From: Octopus vulgaris
Lineage: Eukaryota
Assembly (NCBI GenBank): GCA_951406725.2
Contig: OX597814.1
Location: 26,536,001-26,600,000 of the forward strand
DNA: 64,000 bases
Direction of reading: 5' to 3'
How positions within the stretch are numbered: the first letter of the stretch is position 1; every line of letters begins with the position of its first letter. The notes below the pieces were generated by a model. That model saw only the letters and a program-made list of their open reading frames with translations, did not search any database and was not told the DNA's origin. This document shows, one piece after another, positions 1 through 12,363 of the stretch. A program made the translations under genes and the position numbers.

Positions 1-64
1 CGTTCTATTGAGTTGTATTTTTTATCTACAGTTACAGTTGTATCTCTTTCTCTCCCCTCTCTCA

Positions 65-106
<42 letters not shown>

Positions 107-3100
107 ATATACATACATACACACATATATATCATATATATATATATATTGTGCACGTCTGCAACAGATTTTTCTTGTACAAAAGCAGTGTGCATATTGT
201 TCCATGTATATTTATTACATTGGTTATAGATATTTGTGTATGTTAAATTTTATTTTTTATTTTATTTTAGACCTGTATGAATTTAAAATTTTAACAAAAC
301 ATACATATATGTGCATGTATGTATGTGTATGTATATGTATGTACGTTATTTCATACTCATCTCTTCTATTTGTACCCCTTTTGAATACACAACAAAGGAA
401 TATTTATCAAAAGAGAAATGAGGGATTTCTCTAAAAGTTAATGTTCTTTTCCTTTTATGAATTTAGTGATTGTTTTAATTTTTATTTATTTGAAATCTTC
501 AAATGTGATTTGTCTTTTTTTTCCTCCTCTTGTTTTTCTGTTACACAATATCTCAGATATTGAAAAGACCAAATAAGAATTTTTATTTAGAACAATGGCT
601 TTATTTAATATTTTTCTTTTTCAATAAAAGTTAAGGACTGCTCATTTTATAATAATGGAATTTAATATGTTACTTCTGAAATACTTTAAAGTATAATAAT
701 CCTTTGAGTAGGAAATACTTGGTATTATTTTCTCAGACAGGATAATTCTATAGAATTTGATTTCTTTCTTAGATGTGGAAACAGATTAAGCCATTTTCCC
801 AATACCCTTTTCCATACTTTTATGACAGTGAACTAATTCTATGGATTTATCTTTAAACATAGCCTCAAGTTAAAGTGTATATAAAATAAATGCATTGATT
901 CAAAAGCATTTAGCTGCGTGTAGTTTTATTTGGATAAGACAGACTAGGGTTTGAAGGATTTGAACTAAAATTCACCCCAAATATCTGAACAAAAGAAAGT
1001 CCTAATTGAAGAGTTATTAGACTGGTACAAAGTACAGTTCAGATATTATAGAAAAGCGAAGTTGATTACTTCTTTCTTCAGAAAAGGGATATTTTGGTTA
1101 TCTAACATCTCATACAACTGTCAACTACTAATTATGCTTTACTGCTTTACTATTGACATCATTGTGATTATTTTCCCTACTCATTCTTTTTCTCATGATA
1201 ACATAGTTGAAATGGTTCTCTTTAATTGCTTTGCTCAACCCAGTCATGTCTCAATCTCATATCTCTAAAATTGGTCCTAATTGCCTGATTCCATGTTTTT
1301 ATAAACCAACTACAACTCTAATTGTGTCTGACCAGCAAACAATGAAGTTTGTTTACCCAGTTCACATTATCTGCTCTTGTCAGCTTCTCACTGGATTGCG
1401 ATCTATTTTTCTCTCTTCAACAAATATTACTTGATATTCTTATTGTCAAGAGACTTAATGACTCTGAATTACTGAATAACTCACAAATCATCTTGCACAT
1501 TAAATACGGCATGTATTTTCAATGATCCAGAATGTCCTATATTAATATAATCAAGAAAATATATTTAATGTGTTCCTTGTTGACTTATTTAGAATGTTTG
1601 TTTATGTATTTTAAAGTAATATTATCCTTTCATATAACTATATGTATAGAGAAACTAAATAAACATTTGCATAAATAATTAACTTTTTAATTAAAGTTAT
1701 TTACATATTGTCTAAGTTCAGTTTCAAGTTACACTTATTATAACTTTATATATAGGTTTAATACATTAAATCCATATTCTACATAATGACTAAATATTTC
1801 AAAACCTTCATAAAAGTTTCAATTCCTAATCACTGGTAAAATACAAGGTCAGAAACTAGCAATACATTTTATTTGACCAATTATACTGCATTAGATTTTT
1901 AGCAGAACTGTAAATGCAAGATGTATCGTCAGATTTGATAGCTAAAGCTGAAGGTATATCATTTATATTCAGCAAAACTATAACAAAAACAAACTCTAGT
2001 TTAGACTGATATCCAGCCTTTTTAAGTATTGTGTTTTTATGCTGATCTTTTCATTAAAAAATTATCAGGAATGTAAGTTTTAAAAGTTAATAGAAATATA
2101 TATTTCTATTGACTTTTCTACACATTTTCTGCATTGCTTAATAGCAGAGTACACTGTCTTTTAGAAATATATTTGTCTAATAAAACACACTTGTAATTTA
2201 CTTCCACAATCAGTACACCCTATTTCTATGCCCATTAAAGACTATTGAATTAAATCTTGCATGGATAGCTTTGTAAATGACAGTTATTTTAAACACTAAA
2301 TGAAATGGAATGGCTGTTTAAATGTTTACTTAAATTTTAGCTAAGTAAATTGGTTTCAAAGATGAAAACACTTTCAAAAATTACCGTTCATATTTTATTT
2401 CATTGACTACAGTTATTTCAGGTTTCAACAAACCAGGAATTAGAAATGAAGAGATGGTACATAGACAAATATTTAGTTGGGGAAATGAATAAAATGGGTT
2501 AAAAATGATTAAGAAGTTGCATTTTCTTTGTTGATTCCTTTTCGTTGTTGTCTTCTCTGTATTTAGAACTGACACTTCTTATAGCAACTTGTATCAAAAG
2601 AATAATCCCTACCATAAATATCAGTTTAAATATGAGGTATTCCAACTTACTCTTTTCACATCTGCTTAACACTATTTTTTCTGGTTTGTGGTGCCATCAT
2701 TGTTTAATCTTCCTTATTAGGCCCCTACAGATTTTATTCCAGCAACATAAACTACCTTCTAATCTTAAATCAGCCACTGAAAGAATTATTAAGTTCCATG
2801 GCTGACATTTAAAAATCAATTTGCCGTCATAATGCATAATATTGCTACAAGACATTTCAAAATAAAGCAGCAAACTGAAGTGACATCAAAGTAGTGACGG
2901 ATGATCACATTGGTGTATTTATTCAAGGAAAAAGCTTCTATACATTTTCAATAGATTCTAAGAAAGTGATGGAAAAAGTCAACAGTGATAATGCTGGTTA
3001 TTTTGTACTTGCAAACAGATTTCTTTACTATTTTGTTGCATGTAGAACACATTCTAGAAAATAATTTGATAAAAGTCTAAATTGAAACAAAAATAATTTC

Positions 3101-3889
3101 ATTTAAATCCTTTTCTAGAACTAAGAATTTTCTTTTTAATGGATTCCTTTAATATTTATACTAAAAGTTACCTCATGTGGATAGTTTAGAAGAGAATTAT
3201 TACCATTGTTGAACGGTTTGTTAGAATGCCTCAACATAAAAATATAAATAAAAATTTGGGAATTTATTTTCCTGCTAGGTGAAGAACTATTCAAAAAGTA
3301 AGATTAATGTTCAAACATCAGTATAGTATAAACAAGTTAAAAACAGAAAACCAGATTAAGAAATATATAAAAAAAAGTTAGGGTTTCTAATTGTTACCTC
3401 AGTTTTAAATAAAATTTCTTAAATTTTAATCAAATTTCCAGCAAAAGAAAATATTCTCAGTGTGTTCAATATTATTATTTAGTTTTGTTGTTTTGGATAA
3501 ATATAGTTAAAAGAAAGCAGTCGATTTAGAATTCTGTGTTTATATATATGTACATATAGTCCAGCCTAATAGTAAGAAATATAAAAGATACTAACATGTC
3601 AACTTTTGTCTATAATATGATTTACTAGAATATTTTGGGTATAACTTTATTTTATTCTAAATAATTTTATTAGATTGATTACAACAGAAAATAAAGACAT
3701 CATTCAATTTTATACAGAAATGTTCAGAAAGATTTCCCCTTCATTTTCGTGCAAATAAAAATTTAACCAATGTTTTTTTTCTTTTTTTTTCTTTTGTGGG
3801 GGGATCTTTTCTTTTTTCTGTTTTTTAAAATATTATTCTCTTCAGATGATGTTAGTGCTTGTATTGTACATTCTGATTTCATTTTCCAG

Positions 3890-3904
3890 AAAAGAGCTGC
3901 TATA
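3890..3904 (+). CDS. candidate 15-nt microexon (phase 1-1; xKSCY)
   Basis: Strong acceptor ttctgatttcattttccag, exon AAAAGAGCTGCTATA, donor gtaaga; frame-compatible with the 4460 candidate exon. Splice-motif evidence only. Confidence 0.3.
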
Positions 3905-4459
3905 GTAAGACTGAAATTTCTATAAATAAAATAAATTCCAAAAGTAGAGACAGAATGCCATAAAATTAAAAACTGTTTATGAAAATAAGACAGTAGCAGA
4001 TCATTGTGAAGAATAGCATCAACTCCTTTAATAGCATAAAAGCCTAGTCAAACCTCTTTCATTCTTCTCACAGTAGCCATTTGCATTGAAAATAGAATTT
4101 TAATTTATTTTTGACAATGTATTTAAATACCATCAGCACTAAATTTTAAAATTTAGTAGAGAATATTCACAACTTATAGGATTAACTTTTATTGAAAATA
4201 AACTAAACTACTTGTTTCTATCAGAAAGATGACTTAATGTTTACCTAAAAGCTTCATACAAGAATGACTTTTACATAATACAGGCACATACTCAAACATA
4301 CACACACGTGCACACACACATACACACACGCAAAATCTGATTGTGATCTTAAGATTTATTCATGTTGATTTTTATATGATTATTTTAAAGATTTAAAAAC
4401 AAAATTTGTTAAACTAGGAGCTGTATATGAATAACGTGTTTTATTTTATTTTCATTTAG

Positions 4460-4510
4460 GTAAGTATCCATTAGAAAAACGTCAAACTAAAGTCATTTAC
4501 AGAAATCCAG
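4460..4510 (+). CDS. candidate 51-nt symmetric exon (xKYPLEKRQTKVIYRNP) of an unidentified gene
   Basis: Acceptor ttttattttattttcatttag, donor CAG|gtaagt, 51 nt open in phase 1; the exon itself begins with GTAAGT. Confidence 0.5.
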
Positions 4511-4585
4511 GTAAGTTAGAAATCTTATTATTTGTGAAACCTTAAAATAGGAAATACACACACTTTTATCAGTTTCTTTTTTTAG

Positions 4586-4611
4586 TATGTGATTTCCATA
4601 AAGATCTGAAA
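4586..4611 (+). CDS. candidate 26-nt microexon (VCDFHKDLK), phase 1-0
   Basis: Acceptor tttctttttttag, donor AAA|gtgagt, 75-nt intron from the 4460 exon, and the frame continues without a stop. Confidence 0.35.
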
Positions 4612-6361
4612 GTGAGTTTGTTGTTTTTGTTCAGACAATTACAAAAGTAATATATAAGAATTAATAACCAAAACAATATCCAACATGTTTTATGTATAAG
4701 GTATAAGCTTAAGGCAGTGAACTGCTGACTATAGAGTCATCAGTTTAGCACTTATGACAGTCACTATGTTGTGCTTTGCATAAGGCTTTTAACTCTCCTT
4801 GCTTCAATTTACCTTGCTGAACAGAAAGAGGTTTCATTTTCAACTTGAAAACAATTGCTTGAATTAATATAAAATAGTACAAATGTATATATATATTTTG
4901 AAATTTGGGATAATAATTCTGACTTTGTCTACTTACAAGGTAAATGGCTAAGTCGTTCCATAGTTGGATCTCCACAGATAGAAGATAATTGTAAAAGTAT
5001 TCAGTAGCATGCAGTTTTGTATTTGAATCCTAAAAAGGTGTAATTTTAGCCTTCTATTTTCACAAAGTTGAGACAATGAGTACAAATGATATTGTGACTT
5101 ACCCTTTCAATACCAACCTGCTTGAGATTGTCACTGGTTATATAAATGCAAACACATTCATTTTTAATGCACCTGGCACTGCTCCTGGTTCTATGATTCA
5201 AAATATCTCCTTTTAAGTGTTATTTTTATTGAAATCTTCTATCAAAAGTTTCATGTAAGGATTTTAAATTACGTTCTAAACACCAGAATCATAAATAAAT
5301 ATTATTTATTTTACTAAATCTTTCTGAATTCCTAATTATTTTCAAAATTTACTGCAACACATATGTTGTGTATTATTTCAATATAGTTGTTATGGTCATA
5401 TTTCCAGAGTAAGGAAATATGGCCATATTTTATGATCTTTTATGAAATAGAAAGATAAGAGCTTTGCCTCATTCTATCAAATTCCTTATTTGAACCTTCT
5501 AATCTAGAAATATTTTTTTTTTCCTATGGGAAGCTTCTTAACCAATAATAAAATAATTTTGTTTTCCTATGGGCTGCATTGGTATTAAAACTTAAATTAG
5601 CTATTTTATGCCCACTTAATATCAAAGATTTCACATGTAATGACATGAATGACAAAAAAAGATTTCTAATTTTCACACAAAGTTACAAATATATAAAGAA
5701 CAAGTTAGCCAGTTAATGAAATGCAAACAGTAAACTCCTGCAAGATTTGAAGTTGGAAAATAAATATTACCCCAGTACAGCCACAGCCAAACAGCTGAAA
5801 CTATTAAAAGATTAACAGACTTATAATTAAATACCATAAGGCATTTTATCTGGTATTCAACTACTTCTGTCACTCCACTAACATTGGGAATGATAGCAAT
5901 TATTATAATATCAACAACTACAAGCTTTGGTCTCTTGGCAACATTTTTAACTTAGTAACCCTTATTGATTTTGATAATTACTTCTTTGGAAACCATTTTC
6001 TCTAAAGGTGAATGGAACTACAACTGAAATTACTTGGTGAAATAGTTCTAAAATATTCATAATTCTCTTAATAATGTAGTTACTTTTGTCATGCAGTAAT
6101 ACCATGTTCACACATGCAAATGTGGCAGACTTAATTTCAAAGCTGATCATGGACACGTTTCTGTTATTTCTAATGGTGTGAAGCATTTAGAGTAGAATAC
6201 CAAGAATATTTACAAATTCATGCATTCAGCCAGGTTTTCTATGAAGTCCAATTATGTTAAAACATGCTTTTGCAAGACAGTGCACATAATAGAAGTGTTG
6301 CCAAGGCAAATTGTTCTTCAATATTATGCATGACCCAAAATAATTTGATTCAACCGTTTTT

Positions 6362-6765
6362 TATCATCATCATCATTACTTTTGTGCTTCCAAAGCTGGC
6401 ATGGATTGGATAGGTCATCTTCTTGTATGGTGTCTCAGTATCTGTTGCAATCCCTTATCTTTTCTTTTATGTGATCAGATTTCACAACTTCTTCCCATGT
6501 CTTATTTGGTCTTCCTTATCTACAAGCTTATTTGGCACTTCATTATCCAACTGACATCCTCAATATACATCATATGTCCATACAAGCATAGTCTTTTCTC
6601 TTGCATGTTACAATTGATAACTCTTAAATTTAATTTTTCTCTCAGGTCAGTTTCACTCCATCATTCATACACATTGTACTTCCAGTGAAGAATGCTTGCT
6701 TCATTTATTTTCAGCCTTTGCACACCCTCTGCATTGAATGCCCAAATTTTACTACCACAATCAAA
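6362..6765 (-). mobile_element. RTE-clade LINE 3' fragment (degenerate ORF C-terminus plus (TGA)n tail)
   Basis: Minus strand reads CGSKIWAFNAEGVQRLKINEASILHW...LREKL...RLCLYGHM...GRPNKTWEEVVKSD; ends in (ATC)n on plus. Confidence 0.8.
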
Positions 6766-6825
6766 CACCAAGTAATTTACTCTTAACTCAGAGTGAAAAT
6801 TCCATTGTTGCCAACAAAGATAAAA

Positions 6826-7330
6826 GTACTCTAAAAGTACCATGTAAAAAGAACTCATACTGGCATCACATAGAAGATATTCATACTAGTGTCATGTGAG
6901 AAACACTGATGGCAGTTCTACATGCAGAACACTCATGCTGGTACCATGTAAAGTGCACTTGTGTTACTACCACATAAAAAGCACACATGCCAGCACCATG
7001 TAAAAAGTACTTGTGCCAGTACCACATGAAGAGCACTTGTGCTGGCTTCACATAAAGAGCACTCATGCCAATGCCATGTAAGCAGCGCTCATGTCAGTGC
7101 CATGTACCACATAAAAAGCACTCATGCCAGTACCACATAAAAAGCACCTGTGCTGGTACCCTGTAGAAAGCACCCAACACACTTTGTAAAGTGACTGATG
7201 TTAGGAAGGGCATCAAGCCATAGAAACCTTGCCAAAACATGCAAACAGAGCCTGGGCAGCTCTCTGGTTAGCCAGCACCTGTCAAACCATCCAACCCATA
7301 GAAAACAGACGTTAAATGATGATGATGATT
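6826..7330 (+). mobile_element. RTE LINE 3' UTR with ~26-bp tandem array and (GAT)n tail
   Basis: About 12-13 units like GCACTCATGCCAGTACCACATAAAAA, then ttaggaagggcatc...gtcaaaccatccaacccat...gttaaatgatgatgat, the same tail as the RTE at 52-53 kb. Confidence 0.75.
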
Positions 7331-7414
7331 AATGAAGAGAGCTTTGAGAAAGCACAACAGTGTGTCATTTTTTTAAAAATCCAAGCACTTTAGACTAACT
7401 ACATAGGTACATTT

Positions 7415-7807
7415 TTTATCTTTTACTTGTTTCAATTATTGGATTGTTATCATGCTGGGATACTGCCTTGAAGGTTTTAATTGAACAAATCAATGCCAGT
7501 ACCTATGTTTTAAGTCTGATACTTATTCCAGAACTACTATACTACAAGGAGATAAACAAGCCAACATTGGCTGTCAGGTAGTAGGGGCAGGGGTAGCAAC
7601 ACAGACAGAAAGATACACATACATATAGACATGTGTGTACATGCATGTGTATTTTTATAAATACATATATGTCTTCCAAATCCACTCCCAAATTATCGGT
7701 CATCTCAGAATTACAGTAGAAGACATTTGTCCAAGGTTCCAAGCAGTGGAATTGACCCCAATACCACATGGTTGCAAAGCTAGTTTCATAACCACACAGC
7801 CATGCCT
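7415..7807 (-). mobile_element. tRNA-derived SINE family A (degenerate, near full length)
   Basis: Colinear with the 27666-28060 copy: ttttacttgtttcaat...catgctgg tail and gaagacatttgtccaagg...accacacagcc head. Confidence 0.75.
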
Positions 7808-8194
7808 GTGTGTTTTTATTCTGGTTTGTGTGTGTGTGTTTTTAGGGAGAATCACCTCCTAAAATAATACCAATACTTAATTTATTAATCCTCACATTTA
7901 GACTGATAAAAAAATCAAAGCCAGTATATTTTGGTCATAAAAGTTGAAGTTAAGAAAATCAAAATTAAAGTTTTATATTTAGTATGGTGCTATTCTCACT
8001 CACCCACTCTCATTCTTTCTTCTTTTATTTCTCTCTCTCTCTCTCTTTCTATCTTTCTAATCCTTCCTGACCTCATAATATGCATAGAAAACTGGGACTT
8101 TTCTTTTGATATGAGGCAATTTATTTTCCTTTTTGTTCCAACATCTCATTAATAAAAGTGGATTAACTAATTGATGGCTAACAATAATAGCCAG

Positions 8195-8382
8195 CTAAAA
8201 ACTTGGATATCTTTTGTTCGATAACTCCAGATGTCTTCAGATTTCGACAAAGGAAAACCATAAGCACCTGTTCTTTAGGGTGTTATTATTTACTTAATTG
8301 TGTGGTTATCTATATATTTCTTTATTATTATACCCTTCATCTTTTGCCCTTGTGGCAAATAAATGAAATTATTATTATTATT
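8195..8382 (+). mobile_element. LINE-like 3' end with AATAAA and (TTA)n tail
   Basis: Ends cccttgtggcaaataaatgaaattattattatt, resembling the 3' end of SINE family B (ccccttgtgggcaataaagaaat). Confidence 0.45.
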
Positions 8383-10137
8383 AGTAGTAGTAGTAGTAAT
8401 AGTAGTAATAGAAATCCTGTGATCCTTCTGACCAATCCTTACCTAAAAAGATGGATAAGATGAATGATGTTTGGTAATTGCAAAATTATTGGAAAAGCTG
8501 GGAGCGGAAAAGAAGGACTGGTGAGAGGAGGACAAGGAGAGGGAGTGAGGAAGAGAAAGAAGGAAGAAAAATGGATAGAAGAAGAATGACAAAGAATGAC
8601 AGTGTGTGAGGGAGAAGGAGATAGAAAATATAGCTAACTCACAGAAAATGTTTTAAATCAGAAGGGATAAGTAGAGAGAAAGAGAGAGAGAGGGAATGAT
8701 AAATTAGGTATATAGGGAGAAAGGCTTAAGAGATGTTTGTATTGAGCATGTATGACAGATGGAGAGATTTTCATACACACATACATACATAGGTGTGTGC
8801 ATGCGTGCGAAAACACACACGCTCACACACACACAAGTGAGCAAGAGGGAAGTGAGTTATTATACATGAAGCAAAGTGCATTCAGTACAGACACTAGCTG
8901 GGTGTATCATTGGCTCTTCAACTACATCTTTCAGACATTGCAAATGAGAACAAAGGATTCACAACTATCCAGCTCAATAATGCAAAGACGGGAAAATTTC
9001 TAAAAATTGACATCATTCTAAACAAAATCCAGCTGTTTGTGAATACCCCAAAATCAGTTAAATAAGAGATCAACAATGGTCTGGTTATTAAACACATTTT
9101 TGACTGGATTGGAACGATTCAGAAAGACAATTTTGTGCATTTTGTAAAATAAAATTTATATAACAATTGCAATTGATTAGAATATAGTTCCAGTCTATAA
9201 AAACTTCTTGACTGAAAGAGGAAAGAAATTTAAAAAAATGCATTTTGGAAACCAAAAGAGTAAAAATGGAATTTCTAAAACTTTCAATTCCACATACTTT
9301 ATTGTATTCATTGTATTCATCCTTATAATCAATTTGGGGTTGCCATATTTTCTTTGACTTTTGATAAATTTATCTAAAATTTACTATAAGCTTTAAGATT
9401 ATTAATAAATTTGTATCAGTGTATTTGTGCATTTTTGCTTAATCTGGAGGTGTGTGTGTGTGTGTGTGTGCACACGCCTATATATGTTTGTATCATCATA
9501 TTAAGATTACTTTCTATGCTGGTGTGGGTTAGAAGTTGCCAGCATGTAAAATAGATGCAGAATGAGGATGATGATGATGATATAGTTGTTTTAAATTGAT
9601 GATTTATTCTATCACTAGTCAGAGTTTCCTACTACAGGTGAACATTTAGTATCGTTTTTTGTCACCTAAATGATTGTAAATAATGAGAAACTCTTGGTAG
9701 TGGTGGAGTTTACCATTCGCTTTGAATCAATAAACTCTACTACATTCAGTGAGTATTTTTTCTTTGCTTATCCAACACAAATGTGTGTGTGTATACACAC
9801 CCACACAAATCACACATATATGTATCTATGTGTGTGTGTGTATCTGTGTGCATGATAAGTATTTATGCAAGATTAGTAAAGGTTTATTATATATCAGTTA
9901 TCACATTATATTTATGTCACTCAAGCTTTGAAGAATAGTTGCCTGATCAACCTTGCTTAGCTGCAGACCAGAGTCTGCCAGCTGTATTGGATGGTTCTGA
10001 TTATGAACTGAATATAATTACAGGTTTAAAAGCTTATTCTATATTGAATTCAACCTGTGTTGTGCATTCACTGACAGAAGGAGATCCCTTGTAATATTTT
10101 TTTTTACAATGTGCTCTCTCCCTCACTCTCCCCCTCC

Positions 10138-10198
<61 letters not shown>

Positions 10199-10204
10199 TA
10201 TTCA

Positions 10205-12138
10205 TATATGCAGAGAGCTGAGTTGTGTTTCTCTTTGCAATGCCAACACTTGACAGTCTTTTGGCATTCTTTCATATAGTGTTGACTCGAAAGACATTTG
10301 AAACACAATCCCTTCTCCCAAATAAGTTGCATACAGTCAAAAGACACGTGGTGATTTTGGGTTTCGAGGTAAACTGCTGGTTAATTTTTTTTTTCCTATT
10401 TTTGAAACAACTTGACATTCTTCCAGCCTTGTGTGGTGAAGGCATCTATTGAGCTTTTTCCGTTATCCTCAAAATCATCTTGGCTCATTGACACACTTTG
10501 ATCAGCTTCTAAGTAGCCTCCAAACACATCCCTCTTACTTGCAAGGGAGAGGCGACTGTGTCTTATCATTCCCTTGTAATTTTGAGAGGCAGTCAGAGAA
10601 GATCAGAGATCAGAAGATCGTCCAGAGTTGTGCCATCCGGTTTTTACCCACCAAACTTCAAGAACAAAATTGGCAGGATACTTTTCAAGCATTCAAATTC
10701 CAATCTGTGAGTGCCAAATCCATACCGAGAGTTTGCAACTGTCTTAAAATATTTGTTTGTCAATTGTTTGCCTGAGCAGTTCAGAATTTTTACTGGGCAG
10801 TTGGATGTTTCTCAGCTGCCTTTGCCTTTCATGCTTAATAGTTTCATTTTGCCCATAGCGTTCTTTCAAAAGTTCAATTGCAAACTCATAGTTTTTGGCT
10901 GTTGTATTCAAACCACCGATCGTTTTTTTGTTTTGTTTTTCTTTTTTACTTTGTCTTTGATCAAACCATACAAATAACTGAACTTCTGAACTTTAGATAC
11001 TTAGTATTTGGAAGTGTCATGAACCACTGATTTGAAAAGTGACCTAAAGGCTGGTCATTTGAGTTGGTCACCATTGAAAGTTGGTAATCGTATCTCCAGT
11101 AGTCTTATTTAGACCACAGGAGTCCGCATCACTGAATTTTGTTGTCTTCGATTAGCATAATGATTTGAACTTGGCATCTGTCTTATTTTATTTCTTCAAG
11201 ATACACTTTGAGTATCATTAGTCAGTCAAGGGCATCCAGATGAGTCTTTATGTACCCATAGTCGCCTTCACACAATATGGTAAGCAGCCTTTCTTCTTCA
11301 GCTACTCTGTCCACTTGACCTTTGTGTTCCAATTTCTCAAGTTTCTTCCCACATTGCCTGTTGCTTCTCGATCTTTGGATATTTAGTATATCTTGTTAAA
11401 TAGTTAGATGAACACAATTTTGTTCCTCAATTGCAGAGATGATGGGTATTAGAGTGGCAATCTATTACTGAAATTGGTGAATAGCTGTTTTAATCAATCT
11501 TCTTATGTTGCTTGAGGAGGCCATTTTTGTTTTGTGGAGGCCCTTTTCAATTCCAATGAAATTCTTGCTTTAGAAGTTTTGACATGAGTTTGAGCTTTCA
11601 ATTTTTGGGCCACCTCCAATGCCAAACCTTACCTCATCCTCGTCACCAATTCTTTTGTGGAAACTGTTCATTTGTTACCACAAAAAGTGATAAATATCTC
11701 AGTATCAATATACGAAGAAAAATGACTGACTGGAAATATAGACTTCACCAATAATTCAAGAAATATAGCAATATGACTGTCTTGTGGAAACTGTTAGTTT
11801 ATTAACATAAAAGGAGAGAAATATATACAGTTGATTTGTATCCTTCAAGTGCAACAACTCTTTTTATCTATTTGAACATAAATATGTCCATAAGTTCATT
11901 GTAGAAATTGTTATATAATGGCTGCAGCTAATTCTTCTTCATTTTTTTCTCTCTGACTGGTTGTTTTTGTCTAGACGTCTGGCCCTCGACTCACTAGTCT
12001 AGTCGATGACAATTTTGGATTTTTTATACAATATTTCGTTCTGTGTTTATTTTAAAATTTTCCAACACTATCAAACGTGATGTTGTCAACGACTGCAAAA
12101 AACACACACTACCAATTCATAAAATACACATCATGACA
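10205..12138 (-). mobile_element. Truncated BEL/Pao LTR retrotransposon: 5' LTR (~11657-12138), PBS (11631-11648), decayed gag (~10205-11524)
   Basis: gag zinc knuckles CFKCLSSQHYMKEC-x5-CWHCKEKHNSALC; DUF1759-like LLEIRLPTFNGDQLK and ERYGQNETIKH; PBS TGGTGACGAGGATG; LTR starts TGTCATGA; stops and frameshifts present. Confidence 0.85.
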
Positions 12139-12175
12139 TATATATATATTTATATATATATATATATATATATAT

Positions 12176-12363
12176 CTGTGTCTGTGCCCTCTCCATCTCT
12201 TGACAACTGATGTAGGTGTGTTTACATCCCAGTAACTTAGCAGTTCAGCAAAAGAGACTGACAGAATAAGTACTAGGCTTATAAAGTACTGCTCTGTTCA
12301 ACTAAAGGTTATGCTCCAGCATGGCTGCAGTCAAATGACTGAAACAAGTAAAAGAAAAAGAAA
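12176..12363 (+). mobile_element. SINE family A, 3' half
   Basis: ttgacaactgatgtaggtgtgtttacatccc...gctccagcatggctgcagtcaaatgactgaaacaagtaaaag matches the tail of the 27666-28060 copy. Confidence 0.8.

Noticed and set aside
271-2490. Other phase-1 terminal-exon candidates (271, 558 DIEKTK*, 2422 GFNKPG...*)
   Set aside because: Acceptor-only evidence; T-rich tracts ending in AG are common in this AT-rich DNA and the frame was chosen after the fact.
6826-7172. CRISPR-like regular repeats (also 23735-23965, 52200-52480, 60671-60747)
   Set aside because: Eukaryotic context, no unique spacers, no cas genes; the units are tandem and lie inside retrotransposon sequence.
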